Shown here: one piece after another, positions 44,489-55,615 of the stretch
Layout of the letters: the number at the start of each line of letters is the position of its first letter
Position numbering within the stretch: position 1 is the first letter of the stretch
From: an uncultured cyanobacterium
Lineage (GTDB): Bacteria > Cyanobacteriota > Cyanobacteriia > CAKZMO01
Length of the DNA stretch: 64,000 nucleotides
Direction: 5' to 3'
NCBI GenBank assembly: GCA_963719515.1
Contig: CAVRCJ010000011.1
Location: forward strand, 256,001 to 320,000
Notes under the pieces: generated by a model
The model's database searches: none
Told to the model about the DNA's origin: nothing
The model's input: only the letters and a program-made list of their open reading frames with translations
Made by a program: the position numbers and the translations under genes

Positions 44489-45528
44489 AGCAGCACCTCG
44501 CCTTTACCCAGCACTACCTCCCCCAGCGCCCAGGCCTTGATGCCTTGACCCTGTAGCTGGGCGATCGCCTCATCGGCAGTTTCGGGAGGCACAAGCACCA
44601 CAAACCCAATTCCCATATTAAACGTGCGCAGCATCTCGCTCCGCTCCACTCCCCCCGTTGAGGCGATCCAGTCAAACAGCGGGGGGATTTTCCATGGTTG
44701 GAGCCGGACTGACTGCCCTGGACCCAGGCAGCGAGGCAGGTTTTCGGGTAGGCCGCCGCCGGTGATGTGGGCCATTCCCCGCAGGGCTATGCCAGCTTGC
44801 TGAAGCGCCAGCACCGGCTTGACGTAAATTTGGGTGGGGGCGAGCAGCACCTCCCCTACCGTCTGGCCTCCCTCGCTGGGAAAGCCGCTGGGGCGATCGC
44901 CCAATCCCACGCCCGCCGTCTCCAGTATCTTGCGCACCAGGCTAAACCCATTGCTGTGGACGCCGCTGCTGCCCAGAGCGATCGCCACATCCCCCAAGCG
45001 CACTTGAGAGGGGTCCAAAATCTGGGACTTCTCGACCACACCAACGCAGAACCCCGCCAGGTCATACTCCTGCGGCTGATAGAATCCCGGCATCTCGGCG
45101 GTTTCTCCCCCCAGCAGAGCGCAGCCCGCCTGCCGACAGCCTTCGGCAATGCCCTCCACGACCTGGGCGAGCTGGGCGGGCTGCAGCTGACTGGTGGCGA
45201 TGTAGTCCAGGAAAAACAGCGGCTGTGCGCCGCAGGTGAGCACGTCGTTGACGCACATCGCCACCAGGTCTACGCCGACGGTGTCGTGGCGGTCGACGGC
45301 GTGGGCCAGCTTTAGTTTGGTGCCGACACCATCGGTGCCGCCCACGAGCACGGGCTGCCTGTAGCCCTGGGGAAGCTCAAACAGGCCGCTGAAGCCCCCC
45401 AGCTGGCCCAATACCTCAGGGCGGTGGGTGCTAGCAACGGTATCTTTAATGCGCTGCACAAAGCTGCGCCCGGCCTCAATATCGACTCCGGCCTGTTTAT
45501 AGTCCATGGCAAATTGCGTCTGCGGCAT
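44485..45528 (-). CDS. purM: Phosphoribosylformylglycinamidine cyclo-ligase
   Basis: [42 protein letters not shown]. Confidence 0.97.
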   Translation of the reverse strand: MPQTQFAMDYKQAGVDIEAGRSFVQRIKDTVASTHRPEVLGQLGGFSGLFELPQGYRQPVLVGGTDGVGTKLKLAHAVDRHDTVGVDLVAMCVNDVLTCGAQPLFFLDYIATSQLQPAQLAQVVEGIAEGCRQAGCALLGGETAEMPGFYQPQEYDLAGFCVGVVEKSQILDPSQVRLGDVAIALGSSGVHSNGFSLVRKILETAGVGLGDRPSGFPSEGGQTVGEVLLAPTQIYVKPVLALQQAGIALRGMAHITGGGLPENLPRCLGPGQSVRLQPWKIPPLFDWIASTGGVERSEMLRTFNMGIGFVVLVPPETADEAIAQLQGQGIKAWALGEVVLGKGEVLL

Positions 45529-45678
45529 ACATTCCGCAATTGTATAGCAACTGTTCTGGTGGGTTAGACCACTTGCTCGTCATATTTCTCGCTCTGTCGC
45601 TAATGTGTGGGGCAATGAAGAAAACCGACCGCCGCACCCTACAATGGTGAGGTTTGTCAACACCCCCATGGGCGCCCC

Positions 45679-46407
45679 ATGAAGCTATCCGTTTTCCACA
45701 CCCCTGAGCTAACCCCCGCCAAGACGATGCCAGACTGCGCGATCGCCATCGACGTTTTGCGGGCCACCACCACCATCGCTACGGCCTTGGCCCATGGCGC
45801 TGAGGCGGTGCAGGCCTTTAGCTCTATCGATGCGCTGCTAAAGGACAGCGAGACCTGGCCCGCCGATAAACGCATCCGCGTTGGGGAACGGGGTGGGGCG
45901 ATGGTGGAAGGCTGCGACATGGGCAATTCTCCCCTGGACTACCGGCCCGAGCGCGTGGACGGCAAGCGAATTTTTTTGAGTACCACCAACGGCACCCGCT
46001 GCCTGGAGCGTATTGCGCCCGCGCCCACAGTGCTGGCAGCGGCGCTGGTCAATCGCCACAGCGTGGTGGCCTATCTGCTTGAGCACCGCCCTGAGACCGT
46101 GTGGCTGGTGGGGTCAGGCTGGGAGGGCAGCTACTCCCTAGAAGATACGGTTTGCGGGGGGGCGATCGCCGCAGCGCTGGCTGAGACCGTGCCGCTGACG
46201 GAGCTAGCCGCCAACGACGAGACGGTGGCGGCGATCGCTCTGTATCAGCAATGGGAAGCGGACTTAGGAAAGCTAATGCATCACGCCAGCCACGGGCAGC
46301 GGCTGCTGCGCCTGGAGAATCAGGCAGATTTGACCTACTGCGCCCAGCTCGACACCCTAGACGTGCTGCCGATGCAGCGTGAGCCCAAGCTATTGAAAGC
46401 GGGCTGA
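45679..46407 (+). CDS. comB: 2-phosphosulfolactate phosphatase family protein
   Basis: [29 protein letters not shown]. Confidence 0.9.
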   Translation: MKLSVFHTPELTPAKTMPDCAIAIDVLRATTTIATALAHGAEAVQAFSSIDALLKDSETWPADKRIRVGERGGAMVEGCDMGNSPLDYRPERVDGKRIFLSTTNGTRCLERIAPAPTVLAAALVNRHSVVAYLLEHRPETVWLVGSGWEGSYSLEDTVCGGAIAAALAETVPLTELAANDETVAAIALYQQWEADLGKLMHHASHGQRLLRLENQADLTYCAQLDTLDVLPMQREPKLLKAG

Positions 46408-46617
46408 GCGACCAGACTATCGAGTGGGCCGGTTGGCCGCAGGGCAAGCCAACAGCCATAGCCTTGGAGTTGGGCTACGCCGTCGCTAAATCCAACCGAT
46501 TGAACTATAGCTTTGGCCCCATTTCTTAGGACAATGTCGTGGGCTCGACCCTTGACATAGCATAGGCAATGCGGCGCGCAAATGACCTGATGCTTAGGGC
46601 ATTTACTATATTGCCAG

Positions 46618-47133
46618 CTACAATCGACAGCGCTGGCCATCTGAGGCGGTCTGACCATCGCCACAGCCGTCCCCCATCTGGCGCTGGGCCATAATCGCGT
46701 CTAAGTCGGGGCGGCCCGTGAGCGCTAGCCGCTTATCTGCCCAAAGCTCGTAAACCTTGTCAACTATCGGGCGAATTACGGGCCACCGGGTCGCAGCGTA
46801 GATCCAGCCCATGCCCAGCACGGCATAGACGCGGCGAAACACCTCTACGTTTCTGACCACGCTGCCGTCGGGCAAAACGGCGTGAATACGCCCCATGGCG
46901 GTTTCAAAATCGACGCCGCCGTTCTCTTCCGGGCTGTAGTCTTCCGCCGCGATATCGACGAAGGCCACTCGCCCTCGCCCGCCGTCGCGCTTTTCGAGAA
47001 AATTGACCTCTCTCAGGCACAGGGGGCATTCCCCGTCGTAGAGAAGCTTGATTTGCCAGGGGCGATCGCCCTTAGGCACGCTGGCGGTAGACGAGTCGGG
47101 CTGTACTGTGTTTGGTGCCATCGCTTTGCTCAA
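46618..47133 (-). CDS. DCC1-like thiol-disulfide oxidoreductase (DUF393)
   Basis: LLYDGECPLC DxxCxxC motif; AMGRIHA. Confidence 0.88.
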   Translation of the reverse strand: MSKAMAPNTVQPDSSTASVPKGDRPWQIKLLYDGECPLCLREVNFLEKRDGGRGRVAFVDIAAEDYSPEENGGVDFETAMGRIHAVLPDGSVVRNVEVFRRVYAVLGMGWIYAATRWPVIRPIVDKVYELWADKRLALTGRPDLDAIMAQRQMGDGCGDGQTASDGQRCRL

Positions 47134-47207
47134 TAACCTACTGCTGGCTTCTACAAAATGAAGGCCAGCTTCTAATAGTTTAAGAATTGTGAAGGCATTA
47201 AGCTAGG

Positions 47208-47909
47208 TTAAACCAGCATTCGCTCTAGCGCGTTGATGTCGAGTAGGCACAGCACGTCGCGCTCGCGGAGGATGAGGGACTTCTTTTCTAGCTTGTTGAG
47301 AACCCGCGTCACCGTCTCGCGGGCCAAACCGCTGAGGCTGCTGATCTCCCGGTGAGGCAAATTCGGAATCTCGATGCCCTGCAGCCCCTGCTTGCCCTGC
47401 CCATCCGCCAAAAACAGCAGAATGTCCACCACGCGAGAGGTGCTGTCCGACTCCCGCAGCCGCAGCCGCCGGTTGACCTGCCGCAGCCGGCGGGCCATGA
47501 GCTGGGCAAGCCGGATACCGGACTGGGGCTCAGACTGAATCAGCTGCACGAAGTCCTGTGAGGGCAGATTGCTGATAATTGTTGGGGCCAGGGTAATCAC
47601 GTCGGTTGAGCGCGGCACCTCATCGAGGGGGGCCATCTCTCCAAATAGCTCACCTTTTCCCAAAATATTGAGCGTCACCTCTTTTCCATCGATATTATAT
47701 GTGCGAATTTTTACCCACCCCTCCAGGATGAAGTAAACCGAATTTCCCCAGTCATTCTCCAGAAGAATGACCTGACCCGCCGGGTGCTTGCGCGTTACAG
47801 CATGAGCTGTCGCCCGCTCAACCACATCTGCGGGAAGACCTGAGAAGAAGGGCGCAGAGCGGATCAGCGAGCTGTCGTGAATATCGCGGGGATTGAGTTT
47901 GTCATCCAT
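47208..47909 (-). CDS. Crp/Fnr family transcriptional regulator (cAMP receptor protein-like)
   Basis: FGEMAPLDEVPRS cNMP cassette; HTH SGLARETVTRVL. Confidence 0.9.
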   Translation of the reverse strand: MDDKLNPRDIHDSSLIRSAPFFSGLPADVVERATAHAVTRKHPAGQVILLENDWGNSVYFILEGWVKIRTYNIDGKEVTLNILGKGELFGEMAPLDEVPRSTDVITLAPTIISNLPSQDFVQLIQSEPQSGIRLAQLMARRLRQVNRRLRLRESDSTSRVVDILLFLADGQGKQGLQGIEIPNLPHREISSLSGLARETVTRVLNKLEKKSLILRERDVLCLLDINALERMLV

Positions 47910-48137
47910 CAGAAACTTATCCCTATCCTCCGGGAATTGTCCAAGGCATCATACAGAGGTCCTCAACCGCAGATCTAAAATAGAAGATCTAAAGCTGACT
48001 CGGTACAAACCTGCTAGGCCTTGATTTTAGCGCCCCTCAGAGACGTTAGTAAAACAAGCCCCTAGAGACGAAGAGGATGGGTCTATGGGATAGCGGTGCG
48101 GATGCCTTTAAGCATCATGGCTTTAGCGGCCCGCAGC

Positions 48138-49337
48138 CTAAGGGACTTCTGACACCGGCGTCCCCTGCAGTTTCTCTAAGATTAACTCTGGTCCAGCGAT
48201 GCTATCGACTTCTAAATGACGCGATCGCTGCTTAGACAGTTCAAAGTAGCGCAGTTTAGAGGCGACCTCCTTTAGAAAAGGGGCTGAGTTTGCCTCTGTC
48301 AGAGAGGCCTTGTCGATCGACGCGGGTTCAGGCCAGTCTATGTCAGCGGCGATGGGTTGCCAGGTTACCCAGCATAGGCCGCCCAAAGCTCCCAGCATCA
48401 GCGTGGCGTAGCCCGTATAAAGGTGTGCCGGGCGCAAGTAGGAGGAAGACGGCGCTAGGGGCGGTGACATGGAGCGATTGCGCCCGGTAGCAGAGGACGC
48501 CAAAGGGGTATCGCGCATTAGCGGAGGGATTTCTAGCCCCAGAGCGCTGCAGAGGTGGCGCACAAAGCCTCGAACGTAGATCGCCTCCGGCAATTGATCG
48601 GTTGCGCCGTTCTCAATGGCGCGAATATGGTAGTTAGGAACGTGAGTGGCACGATGGAGCTGATCGGTGGTGAGTCCACGCTGCTGGCGCACCTGCTTGA
48701 GAACGGCCCCAACCTCCGCCAGGGTGGATGCCGACTCTAGCTCCAGTTGGTGACGCTCGCAATCGGCGGCAGGGGGTACCTCAGAGAAAGAATCCAGGCT
48801 GGTTTGCACCGGGGTATCGTCTCTAGCAGCAATTTCGGTTGCGCCTTCAACGGCATCAGCTGCAGTCTCACCGGAAAATTCAAACGGGTTGGGAGCAGCG
48901 GGGCGATCGCTGACGGCGCTAAGGACCGGGCTGATGGCTGTGGTCGCAGGTTGTGGCTTTTGTGGAGAGGACTCAGCAGCGGGCCCCGAACGAGACGCTG
49001 AGTCTTCCGAGTTGACCTGGCTCACAACAAGCTGGCGTAGCGTCAGCCGAATTGCCTCTCTCCCCAGAGCGCTTGCCAGCTGCGAAACCAGCTCCTCATT
49101 GTCCTTCAGCTGGTGCTGAAACCAGCTCAGTATTTTTCTGTAGACTTTACTGTCTTGAAACTCAGCTTCGACTTGGCCAAAGAGCTGCCGGAGATCACCG
49201 GGTGACACGGCAATGCATGCCGTTTTACCGTCATGCAGATAAGATGGGGATGCCTGTAGTGCTGTCATCGCAGTGGTTCTCCTCTGTTGCACATCAACTC
49301 GTCGGCTGCTGGATGCCACCACTTGTGAGGATGCCAA
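48138..49337 (-). CDS. RodZ-like HTH (HTH_25) domain membrane protein with N-terminal extension
   Basis: VGAVLKQVRQQRGL...IRAIENG..LPEAIYVRGFVR plus a downstream TM. Confidence 0.75.
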   Translation of the reverse strand: MASSQVVASSSRRVDVQQRRTTAMTALQASPSYLHDGKTACIAVSPGDLRQLFGQVEAEFQDSKVYRKILSWFQHQLKDNEELVSQLASALGREAIRLTLRQLVVSQVNSEDSASRSGPAAESSPQKPQPATTAISPVLSAVSDRPAAPNPFEFSGETAADAVEGATEIAARDDTPVQTSLDSFSEVPPAADCERHQLELESASTLAEVGAVLKQVRQQRGLTTDQLHRATHVPNYHIRAIENGATDQLPEAIYVRGFVRHLCSALGLEIPPLMRDTPLASSATGRNRSMSPPLAPSSSYLRPAHLYTGYATLMLGALGGLCWVTWQPIAADIDWPEPASIDKASLTEANSAPFLKEVASKLRYFELSKQRSRHLEVDSIAGPELILEKLQGTPVSEVP

Positions 49338-49631
49338 ACGCTACGGGCTACCTACAGACTGGTACCAATAAGCACCAAACGATAGCTTTCAAAAGATCGT
49401 TACAGACGATTCGGTAGCCCCACAGAATTAGCGCTGTCCAACGACACCAGACGACGTAATTGTTATCGTCTTCAGGTGAGTGGAACAGCGCTCCGGACAA
49501 GAACACAGTTTTTTACGTCTGTCGCCTTCGGCCACCCTTAGGTGGCCTTATGGTGATGTATTGAGCATGTGGCCAAAATCCAATGCAGGCAGAGACGCCC
49601 CTAATGGCATCGTTTACCCACAACCTTTAAC

Positions 49632-49814
49632 CTACGTATTATGAGACTCACTTTCAGAAGGATAGGCTACGTTCCAACAGCGGTCGAGGTGCTCTAGCTG
49701 GTAGAGCTTCCAGTAGATAGAAGGCCGCAAAATCAGAGGACAGGTTTTGTCCAAAATCGGTTGATTTAGAAACTTCCATAGCGGAAACCGAAGACTTTCA
49801 GAGCTATTATTCAT
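49632..49814 (-). CDS. Small hypothetical protein
   Basis: 60-aa ORF with FPLWKFLNQP...LDRCW pattern; hairpin GGCCACC-CTTA-GGTGGCC downstream. Confidence 0.55.
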   Translation of the reverse strand: MNNSSESLRFPLWKFLNQPILDKTCPLILRPSIYWKLYQLEHLDRCWNVAYPSESESHNT

Positions 49815-50197
49815 AAGACGTCAGCACATAGATATTAAATCTGTATACAAGAGCACATCGACTTTCTCCAGACTGGGGAAGAGTTTTTCCCAAACGGAAA
49901 ACCCCGTGCCCCGTAATGAGTTCGGTTTAGATGCTGCTATATGAGACTACACAAACTAACCTTTCCTAACAGTCTAGTTTTTCGAATAGAATGTTCCGGA
50001 TATTGCTGCATCTACCCTGAATCCACCGGACCGAGCTGCTAGGTCTAGAATGTTCGTGGTGAGCCCTACAGGCTTGTCTCAACTCTCTTAGCTTGCCCGA
50101 GCTTGCCTAAAATTTAATATTGAAATCAATAAAACTCGCGGCGATACTGTGACGTCGCTATGAATTTGTGACAACCTCTTTGCCTGAGCCGACACCA

Positions 50198-50440
50198 TCA
50201 GCCTTCTTCGGCAAGAATCTTGTCCTTAGAATCTCCCCAATAGGCGCTGCAGGTCCAGCACTCTTTTGCCCCTTGGGATTTGACCGACCAGCGATAGATC
50301 ACTGATTTTGGCTCAACCCCAACCTCTAAGAGCTTTGAGTCCATGTAGTACCGCATCTTTTGCTTCTCCATCTCCTTTTGACCAGGGGGGAGTCGCTTGT
50401 CTAGGGTTCGAGGTAGATGAGCTTGAGTAGGTTTTGCCAT
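50198..50440 (-). CDS. Small conserved hypothetical protein
   Basis: 80-aa ORF with GGAGG RBS. Confidence 0.7.
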   Translation of the reverse strand: MAKPTQAHLPRTLDKRLPPGQKEMEKQKMRYYMDSKLLEVGVEPKSVIYRWSVKSQGAKECWTCSAYWGDSKDKILAEEG

Positions 50441-50503
50441 GGGGCACCTCCAGATAGTCGCTAAAGATTACGGTACAAGGCCGCGATACTCCGTGAAAAG
50501 CAG

Positions 50504-51562
50504 CTAGGGGCTGTAGATTCGCAGGGGATTGTGCTGCGCATCAATTTCGACCACCCAGTCAACGTGCTGCTGGTCCCTCAGCAGCGGCGTAACGAACAGC
50601 TCAGGGTGTAGCGCCCGCCAAAAATAGAGGACGAAGCGATCGAGTTCCGTATCGTCCATTCCCGAGCGCCCCGCCGCCGCCATCGACTGCTCAGCCTCAC
50701 GCCGCCACTGCATGCTCAGCTTATAGTTGGCGGGGTATAAGACAAGGAGACGATCGAGCTGGTCCCAAAGCGGAAGATAGGCTCGCAGCCACTCGTTGCT
50801 GTCGCGGGCAAAGGCGCGATCGCGCTCCGTTTCGATGGGCCAGGGCGCTGCGTCAAACCGCTCGGGCGGGACGGGACGCGCCCCCACGAACCAGCCTTCG
50901 AGCAGCAGAATACTGACCCCTTCAAAGGTCTCAAACCCCGCGCGATCGCCTTGCCCGCCGCGAGCAGATTTGTCAAACCGAGGCACGGTAACGGCGCACT
51001 CTGCTCTGAGGTCCTCTAGCACAGACAGGACTAGGTCTACATCGTGAGTTCCGGGGGGACCCCGCCAAATCAGCCTCGGGTCCGCCTGCTGGAGCTGGAG
51101 CCTTTCTGGGTAAGTCTTGTAAAAATCGTCAATGGAAACGCGGCACACCTTGTGTCCCAACTGGACCAAAATTCGCGATAGGATAGTAGTAAGGGTTGTT
51201 TTACCGCTGCCCTGAACGCCCAAGATGCCCTGAACGAGGGGACGTCCGGCCTGCTGCTGCTGGTCAGCAATCCACTGGGCTAGAGGCAGCCAGAACGTCC
51301 ACAGGACGCTCAGCGGGCCGTGGGACCAGCCCAGCGTTTGCTGGCAAAACTGGTCAAAGTCTGGGTATATTTTCCTCAGCAGACGCGATCGCACCGCAAT
51401 CGCATCTATCGATTGCGGTGCAGGCAAAAAGGCTTGGCAAGTGTCTGGATGGGCAAGTGAGTAGTTCACCAGGCTCTGCCGGTGGCTAGTCTCGGCATCA
51501 GGGGTCTCGCTACCAAGGCAATCCCGCAAGAGTTGGTCTAGCTCTGACAGATATGGTGCCAT
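50504..51562 (-). CDS. D-glycerate 3-kinase (plant-type GLYK)
   Basis: GILGVQGSGKTT, SIDDFY, RGPPGTHD, PRFDKS..GGQGDR, EGWFVG, WRREAE. Confidence 0.85.
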   Translation of the reverse strand: MAPYLSELDQLLRDCLGSETPDAETSHRQSLVNYSLAHPDTCQAFLPAPQSIDAIAVRSRLLRKIYPDFDQFCQQTLGWSHGPLSVLWTFWLPLAQWIADQQQQAGRPLVQGILGVQGSGKTTLTTILSRILVQLGHKVCRVSIDDFYKTYPERLQLQQADPRLIWRGPPGTHDVDLVLSVLEDLRAECAVTVPRFDKSARGGQGDRAGFETFEGVSILLLEGWFVGARPVPPERFDAAPWPIETERDRAFARDSNEWLRAYLPLWDQLDRLLVLYPANYKLSMQWRREAEQSMAAAGRSGMDDTELDRFVLYFWRALHPELFVTPLLRDQQHVDWVVEIDAQHNPLRIYSP

Positions 51563-51567
51563 GGCGC

Positions 51568-51912
51568 TTAGCTTCCTAACTTGAAGGCTTCAACAAAAAG
51601 GCCGTAAATTAGCCCCAGCTTGACCGCGTTGACGACATCGAGGATCAAAGGGCGAGGCCGCTGCCCTAGGCGCGCAAATTGCCCGCTGTAGATAAGCCAG
51701 CTGCTGAACTCAATTAGCGCGAGTAGGGCGACCGCAACGAGCACGTCCCAGTCGGCGTTTTGACCCGTGACAGTGGCCGCTACGGTGGCCACAAAGTTGC
51801 CGAACAGCAGCCCAATGACAATCAGCGAAACCCGCCGCCAGGGGTTACGCAGCCACTGGTTAAGCTGGCCCAATAGGGCAATCGTCAAGCGGTTAAGTCG
51901 GGTATCTTGCAT
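51568..51912 (-). CDS. ycf20: Ycf20/DUF565 family protein
   Basis: MQDTRL, NPWRR, GLFVEAFKLGS. Confidence 0.9.
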   Translation of the reverse strand: MQDTRLNRLTIALLGQLNQWLRNPWRRVSLIVIGLLFGNFVATVAATVTGQNADWDVLVAVALLALIEFSSWLIYSGQFARLGQRPRPLILDVVNAVKLGLIYGLFVEAFKLGS

Positions 51913-52019
51913 AACGCAGGCGCTTGGACAACGCAATAGCTGACACAGCGCAGACCAAGGCAGGCCAGACGCGCTGTGCTCCTCATTTTAGATTGAAATC
52001 AGTGCATCGGGAGAGTACA

Positions 52020-52748
52020 TTGACTGAGGAAAAACTGGTTCATCACTCCATATCCCCCAAGGCGCGATCGCTTCTTTTGGGCATGCTCTATGGGGCTACG
52101 GCCGTCACCCTGCTCGGCCTAGCGGTGGTGCGCCCCATCCGCATCTCTGTTGAGCAGTCGCCAACCCTAAGCGATCCGATCCCCGAGCAGCCGGTACCTG
52201 AACAGCGAGAGCGTCCAAGCGACAGCGAAGGCGACAGCGACAGACGCGAGCTGCAGTTGCCTCAAAGCGCCATCGAACAACCGGCAGGCACCGCGCCGCT
52301 GCCCTCACGAGACGAGACTGCGTCCAACGCGATCCCCTTAGAGACAGCGCCTGTAGAGGGCTCCGGCGCGCAAGCTTCAAGGCCAGGTGATGCCTCAATA
52401 GGAGCGCTCAGGGTCAGCAATCAAACCACCCATGCCGTGCGCGTGGCGCTGTTGCCTCAGGGAGAGATCAGCCAGAGCGAAGGTGAGCAAACTGACCTAT
52501 TCAACGAGCCTGTGCATTGGGACTTTGCGCCAGGAGAGGGCAATATTCAAGGGCTGCTACTATCCTTGCCAAACGGGCAGCAGACAATCCAGTCGGGCGA
52601 CGTTTTGGTGGCCTTTGCTCAAGACGGCTCCCAGCGCTACTGGGGACCGTACATCGTTGGCGTCACGCCGCTTCCGGTGTGGCAAAGCAGCCTCGGCGAA
52701 TGGCAGCTCACGCTTCAGGCTCCGGTTAGCTCTCCACCGGCCCAGTAG
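52020..52748 (+). CDS. Hypothetical membrane-anchored protein
   Basis: TM, low-complexity linker, then GALRVSNQT..HWDFAP..YWGPY domain; start uncertain (ORF is open from 51924). Confidence 0.7.
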   Translation: MTEEKLVHHSISPKARSLLLGMLYGATAVTLLGLAVVRPIRISVEQSPTLSDPIPEQPVPEQRERPSDSEGDSDRRELQLPQSAIEQPAGTAPLPSRDETASNAIPLETAPVEGSGAQASRPGDASIGALRVSNQTTHAVRVALLPQGEISQSEGEQTDLFNEPVHWDFAPGEGNIQGLLLSLPNGQQTIQSGDVLVAFAQDGSQRYWGPYIVGVTPLPVWQSSLGEWQLTLQAPVSSPPAQ

Positions 52749-52822
52749 TCCGCCGTGTTTCGATTCAGGCTGTTTCTCGCTACAGTAGACGAGTTCTTTC
52801 GTAGCGCAGCAGATTAGTCGCC

Positions 52823-54673
52823 GTGGGGCATCTCTTGAAACCCGCTAAGCTTTTGTCACCCCGCAGCCTGAGGCTGTGGAGCTGCTTAGCCTGGCTGGCT
52901 ACGGTGTGCGGCGCTGCGTTTTTGTGGAAGCTGGGATCAACGGGATTGGTGGACGAGACAGAGCCGCTGTTTGCGGAGGCGGCGCGGCAGATGCAGCTGA
53001 CGGGAGATTGGGTAACGCCCTACTTCAACGAGGCGACCCGGTTTGATAAGCCGCCGCTGATCTACTGGCTAATGGCGATCGCCTATCAGATTGGTGGGGT
53101 GAGCGCCTGGACGGCTCGGTTGCCCTCTGCCCTAGCGGCGGTGGGGCTGACTTTTATGGGCTTCTACACGCTGCTGCGGTTTGGCGCGGCGGGGCTGCCG
53201 GACGCGACGGCGCAAAGTGATGGGCCGCAGCGGCAGCCCTCAGCGCCACCAGAGCTAGCGCCAGAACTAGCGCCAGAGGCAGCGCCAGAAACAGCCGACC
53301 TACACTGGGGGACGGCGCTAGTCGGGGCGACGGCGATCGCCTTCAACCTGCAGACCGTGGTGTGGGGGCGTACGGGGGTGTCAGACATGCTGCTCGTGGG
53401 CTGTATGGGCAGCGCCCTGTTCGCCTTTTTCTTGGGGTACAGCCAGCCCCAGCGCCCCGCTGTGCAGCGGGGGTGGTTCGTCGCCTTTTACGTTTTGGTT
53501 GCCCTAGCGGTGTTGACCAAAGGCCCGGTGGGGATCGTGCTGCCGGGGCTGATTATCGGCGGCTTTTTGATCTACTTGAGGAACTGGCGGGCCCTGCGGG
53601 AAATGCGGCCTTTGCTGGGGATGGCCCTGGTCTTGGGGCTGACGCTGCCCTGGTACATCCTAGTGATTCGCGCCAACGGCCAGGACTACATCGACAGCTT
53701 CTTTGGCTACCACAACCTGCAGCGGTTCACCCAGGTGGTCAACAACCATGCTGCGCCCTGGTACTTCTACTTTCTGGTGGTGCTTGTGGGCTTCATTCCC
53801 TGGTCCCTATACCTGCCCTGGGGGCTTTTACGGCTGCGGGCGTGGCGGCCCCAGGGGTGGCGTCAGCAGCCGCGCCACCGGCAGCTGGGGCTGTTTGCTC
53901 TGGTGTGGTTTGCGGCGGTGTTCGTCTTCTTTACTCTGGCGGTCACCAAGCTGCCGAGCTACACGCTGCCGCTGCTGCCCGCCGCTGCCGTGCTGATTGC
54001 TCCACTGGGGGAAAAGGGTAAAGGTGGGGATCGCCCTGGCCGCGACGCCGGACTGCGGCTGAGCGGCTGGGCCAACACGCTGTTTATGCTGGTGCTGGCG
54101 GGGATGGTGTGGCGGAGCGCCCCCTGGATGGGCAACGACCCCGCGATGCCGCGCCTGCCAGAGGCGATCGCCGCTTCCCGCATCTTGTGGTGGGGCGGGT
54201 TGGGATGGCTGGCAGCGGCAGGGTTGAGCGGCTGGCTGACCTGGCGGCGAGGGCTAAAGCGCGACCCCAGCGGCTTCTTGCCTCAACTGTGGTGGTCCAA
54301 CGTGCTGGGGTTCGGCGTCTTTTTGCTGTTTACCCTACTGCCGGCCCTAGACCTGATGGACGACCAGCGACAGCGCCCTCTGCGGCAGCTGGCTGACACC
54401 GTGGCGACAGCCTCTCAACCCGGCGAAGAGCTGGTGATGGTGGGCTTTCAAAAGCCCAGCCTGGTGTTCTACGCCCAGCGGCCCGTCACCTATATCTATA
54501 CCCCGGCAAAGGCGATCGCCCATCTACGGCGGGGCGGGCAGGGATCGCCTCCAACGGCGCTTTTAGTGGGTCAGCCCGATGAAATTGCCCGTCGCCTGAC
54601 CTCTGACCAGTATGAGACTATCGCTGAGGCGGGAACCTATCAGCTCGTTCGGGTCTATCGAAATCGATTGTAA
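52823..54673 (+). CDS. ArnT/PMT-like GT-C glycosyltransferase
   Basis: DETEPLFAEAARQM, RFDKPPLIYW, LTKGPVG, TKLPSY; multiple TM. Confidence 0.9.
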   Translation: MGHLLKPAKLLSPRSLRLWSCLAWLATVCGAAFLWKLGSTGLVDETEPLFAEAARQMQLTGDWVTPYFNEATRFDKPPLIYWLMAIAYQIGGVSAWTARLPSALAAVGLTFMGFYTLLRFGAAGLPDATAQSDGPQRQPSAPPELAPELAPEAAPETADLHWGTALVGATAIAFNLQTVVWGRTGVSDMLLVGCMGSALFAFFLGYSQPQRPAVQRGWFVAFYVLVALAVLTKGPVGIVLPGLIIGGFLIYLRNWRALREMRPLLGMALVLGLTLPWYILVIRANGQDYIDSFFGYHNLQRFTQVVNNHAAPWYFYFLVVLVGFIPWSLYLPWGLLRLRAWRPQGWRQQPRHRQLGLFALVWFAAVFVFFTLAVTKLPSYTLPLLPAAAVLIAPLGEKGKGGDRPGRDAGLRLSGWANTLFMLVLAGMVWRSAPWMGNDPAMPRLPEAIAASRILWWGGLGWLAAAGLSGWLTWRRGLKRDPSGFLPQLWWSNVLGFGVFLLFTLLPALDLMDDQRQRPLRQLADTVATASQPGEELVMVGFQKPSLVFYAQRPVTYIYTPAKAIAHLRRGGQGSPPTALLVGQPDEIARRLTSDQYETIAEAGTYQLVRVYRNRL

Positions 54674-55615
54674 TTGGGGCCATCCCTGTTCTATGAGAGC
54701 ACAACGCCAGTGAGAGAAAATATTCAACGGCTGACGGACAATCTGGGCCAGACTATCGTGGGCAAGCAGTCGGCGATTCAGCTGGTGCTAACGGCCCTGC
54801 TCTCGGGGGGGCACGTACTGCTGGAGGACGTACCGGGGGTAGGCAAAACCCTGCTGGCAAAGTCCCTGGCCCGCTCCATTGGCGGGGTGTTTAAGCGGGT
54901 ACAATGTACCCCGGACCTGCTGCCCGCCGACATCACCGGCACCAATATTTGGAATCCGCAGACGGGGCAGTTTGAGTTTTTGGCGGGTCCGGCGCTCACC
55001 AATATCCTGCTGGCGGATGAAATCAACCGCGCTACGCCGCGCACCCAGTCTGCCCTGCTGGAGGTGATGGAAGAGTATCAGGTGACCATCGACGGGGTGT
55101 CTCATCCGGTGCCTCGCCCTTTCTTTGCGATCGCGACCCAAAACCCCATCGAGTATCAGGGGACGTTTCCGCTGCCTGAGGCGCAGATGGACCGCTTTGC
55201 CGTCTCGCTAGAACTGGGTTACCCCTCAGAGGCCGAAGAGTTAACGCTTTTGCAGCAGCTGAATCAGCGCCGCGAGGTGGACCTCAAGCCCTGCCTATCG
55301 CTGCAGGATGTTGCCGAGCTGCAGCAAGCGGCGCAGCAGGTGCGCATTGAGCCTCACCTGCAGACCTATTTGCTGACGCTGGTGCGGGCCACCCGTGAGC
55401 GGGAGGACGTGCGCTTGGGGGTGAGCCCTCGGGGCAGCGTGTCACTCTATCGCACGACGCAGGCGCTGGCGTTTTTGGAGGGCCGGGATTACGCAATCCC
55501 CGATGACGTGAAGCGGCTGGCTCCCCATGTGCTGGCCCATCGTTTGATTCCTGATGCGGGGCGGCTGGGGCGGCAGATTGTGGACGATTTGCTGGCGTCG
55601 GTGCCGATTCCGTAG
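54674..55615 (+). CDS. MoxR family AAA+ ATPase
   Basis: LLEDVPGVGKT, RVQCTPDLLPAD, DEINRATPRTQSALLE, ATQNP, LPEAQMDRF; start may be GTG 54710. Confidence 0.93.
   Translation: MGPSLFYESTTPVRENIQRLTDNLGQTIVGKQSAIQLVLTALLSGGHVLLEDVPGVGKTLLAKSLARSIGGVFKRVQCTPDLLPADITGTNIWNPQTGQFEFLAGPALTNILLADEINRATPRTQSALLEVMEEYQVTIDGVSHPVPRPFFAIATQNPIEYQGTFPLPEAQMDRFAVSLELGYPSEAEELTLLQQLNQRREVDLKPCLSLQDVAELQQAAQQVRIEPHLQTYLLTLVRATREREDVRLGVSPRGSVSLYRTTQALAFLEGRDYAIPDDVKRLAPHVLAHRLIPDAGRLGRQIVDDLLASVPIP

Noticed and set aside
50145..50180. CRP binding site near the Crp-like gene
   Set aside because: TGTGA half-sites are present but there is no TCACA partner at 6-bp spacing
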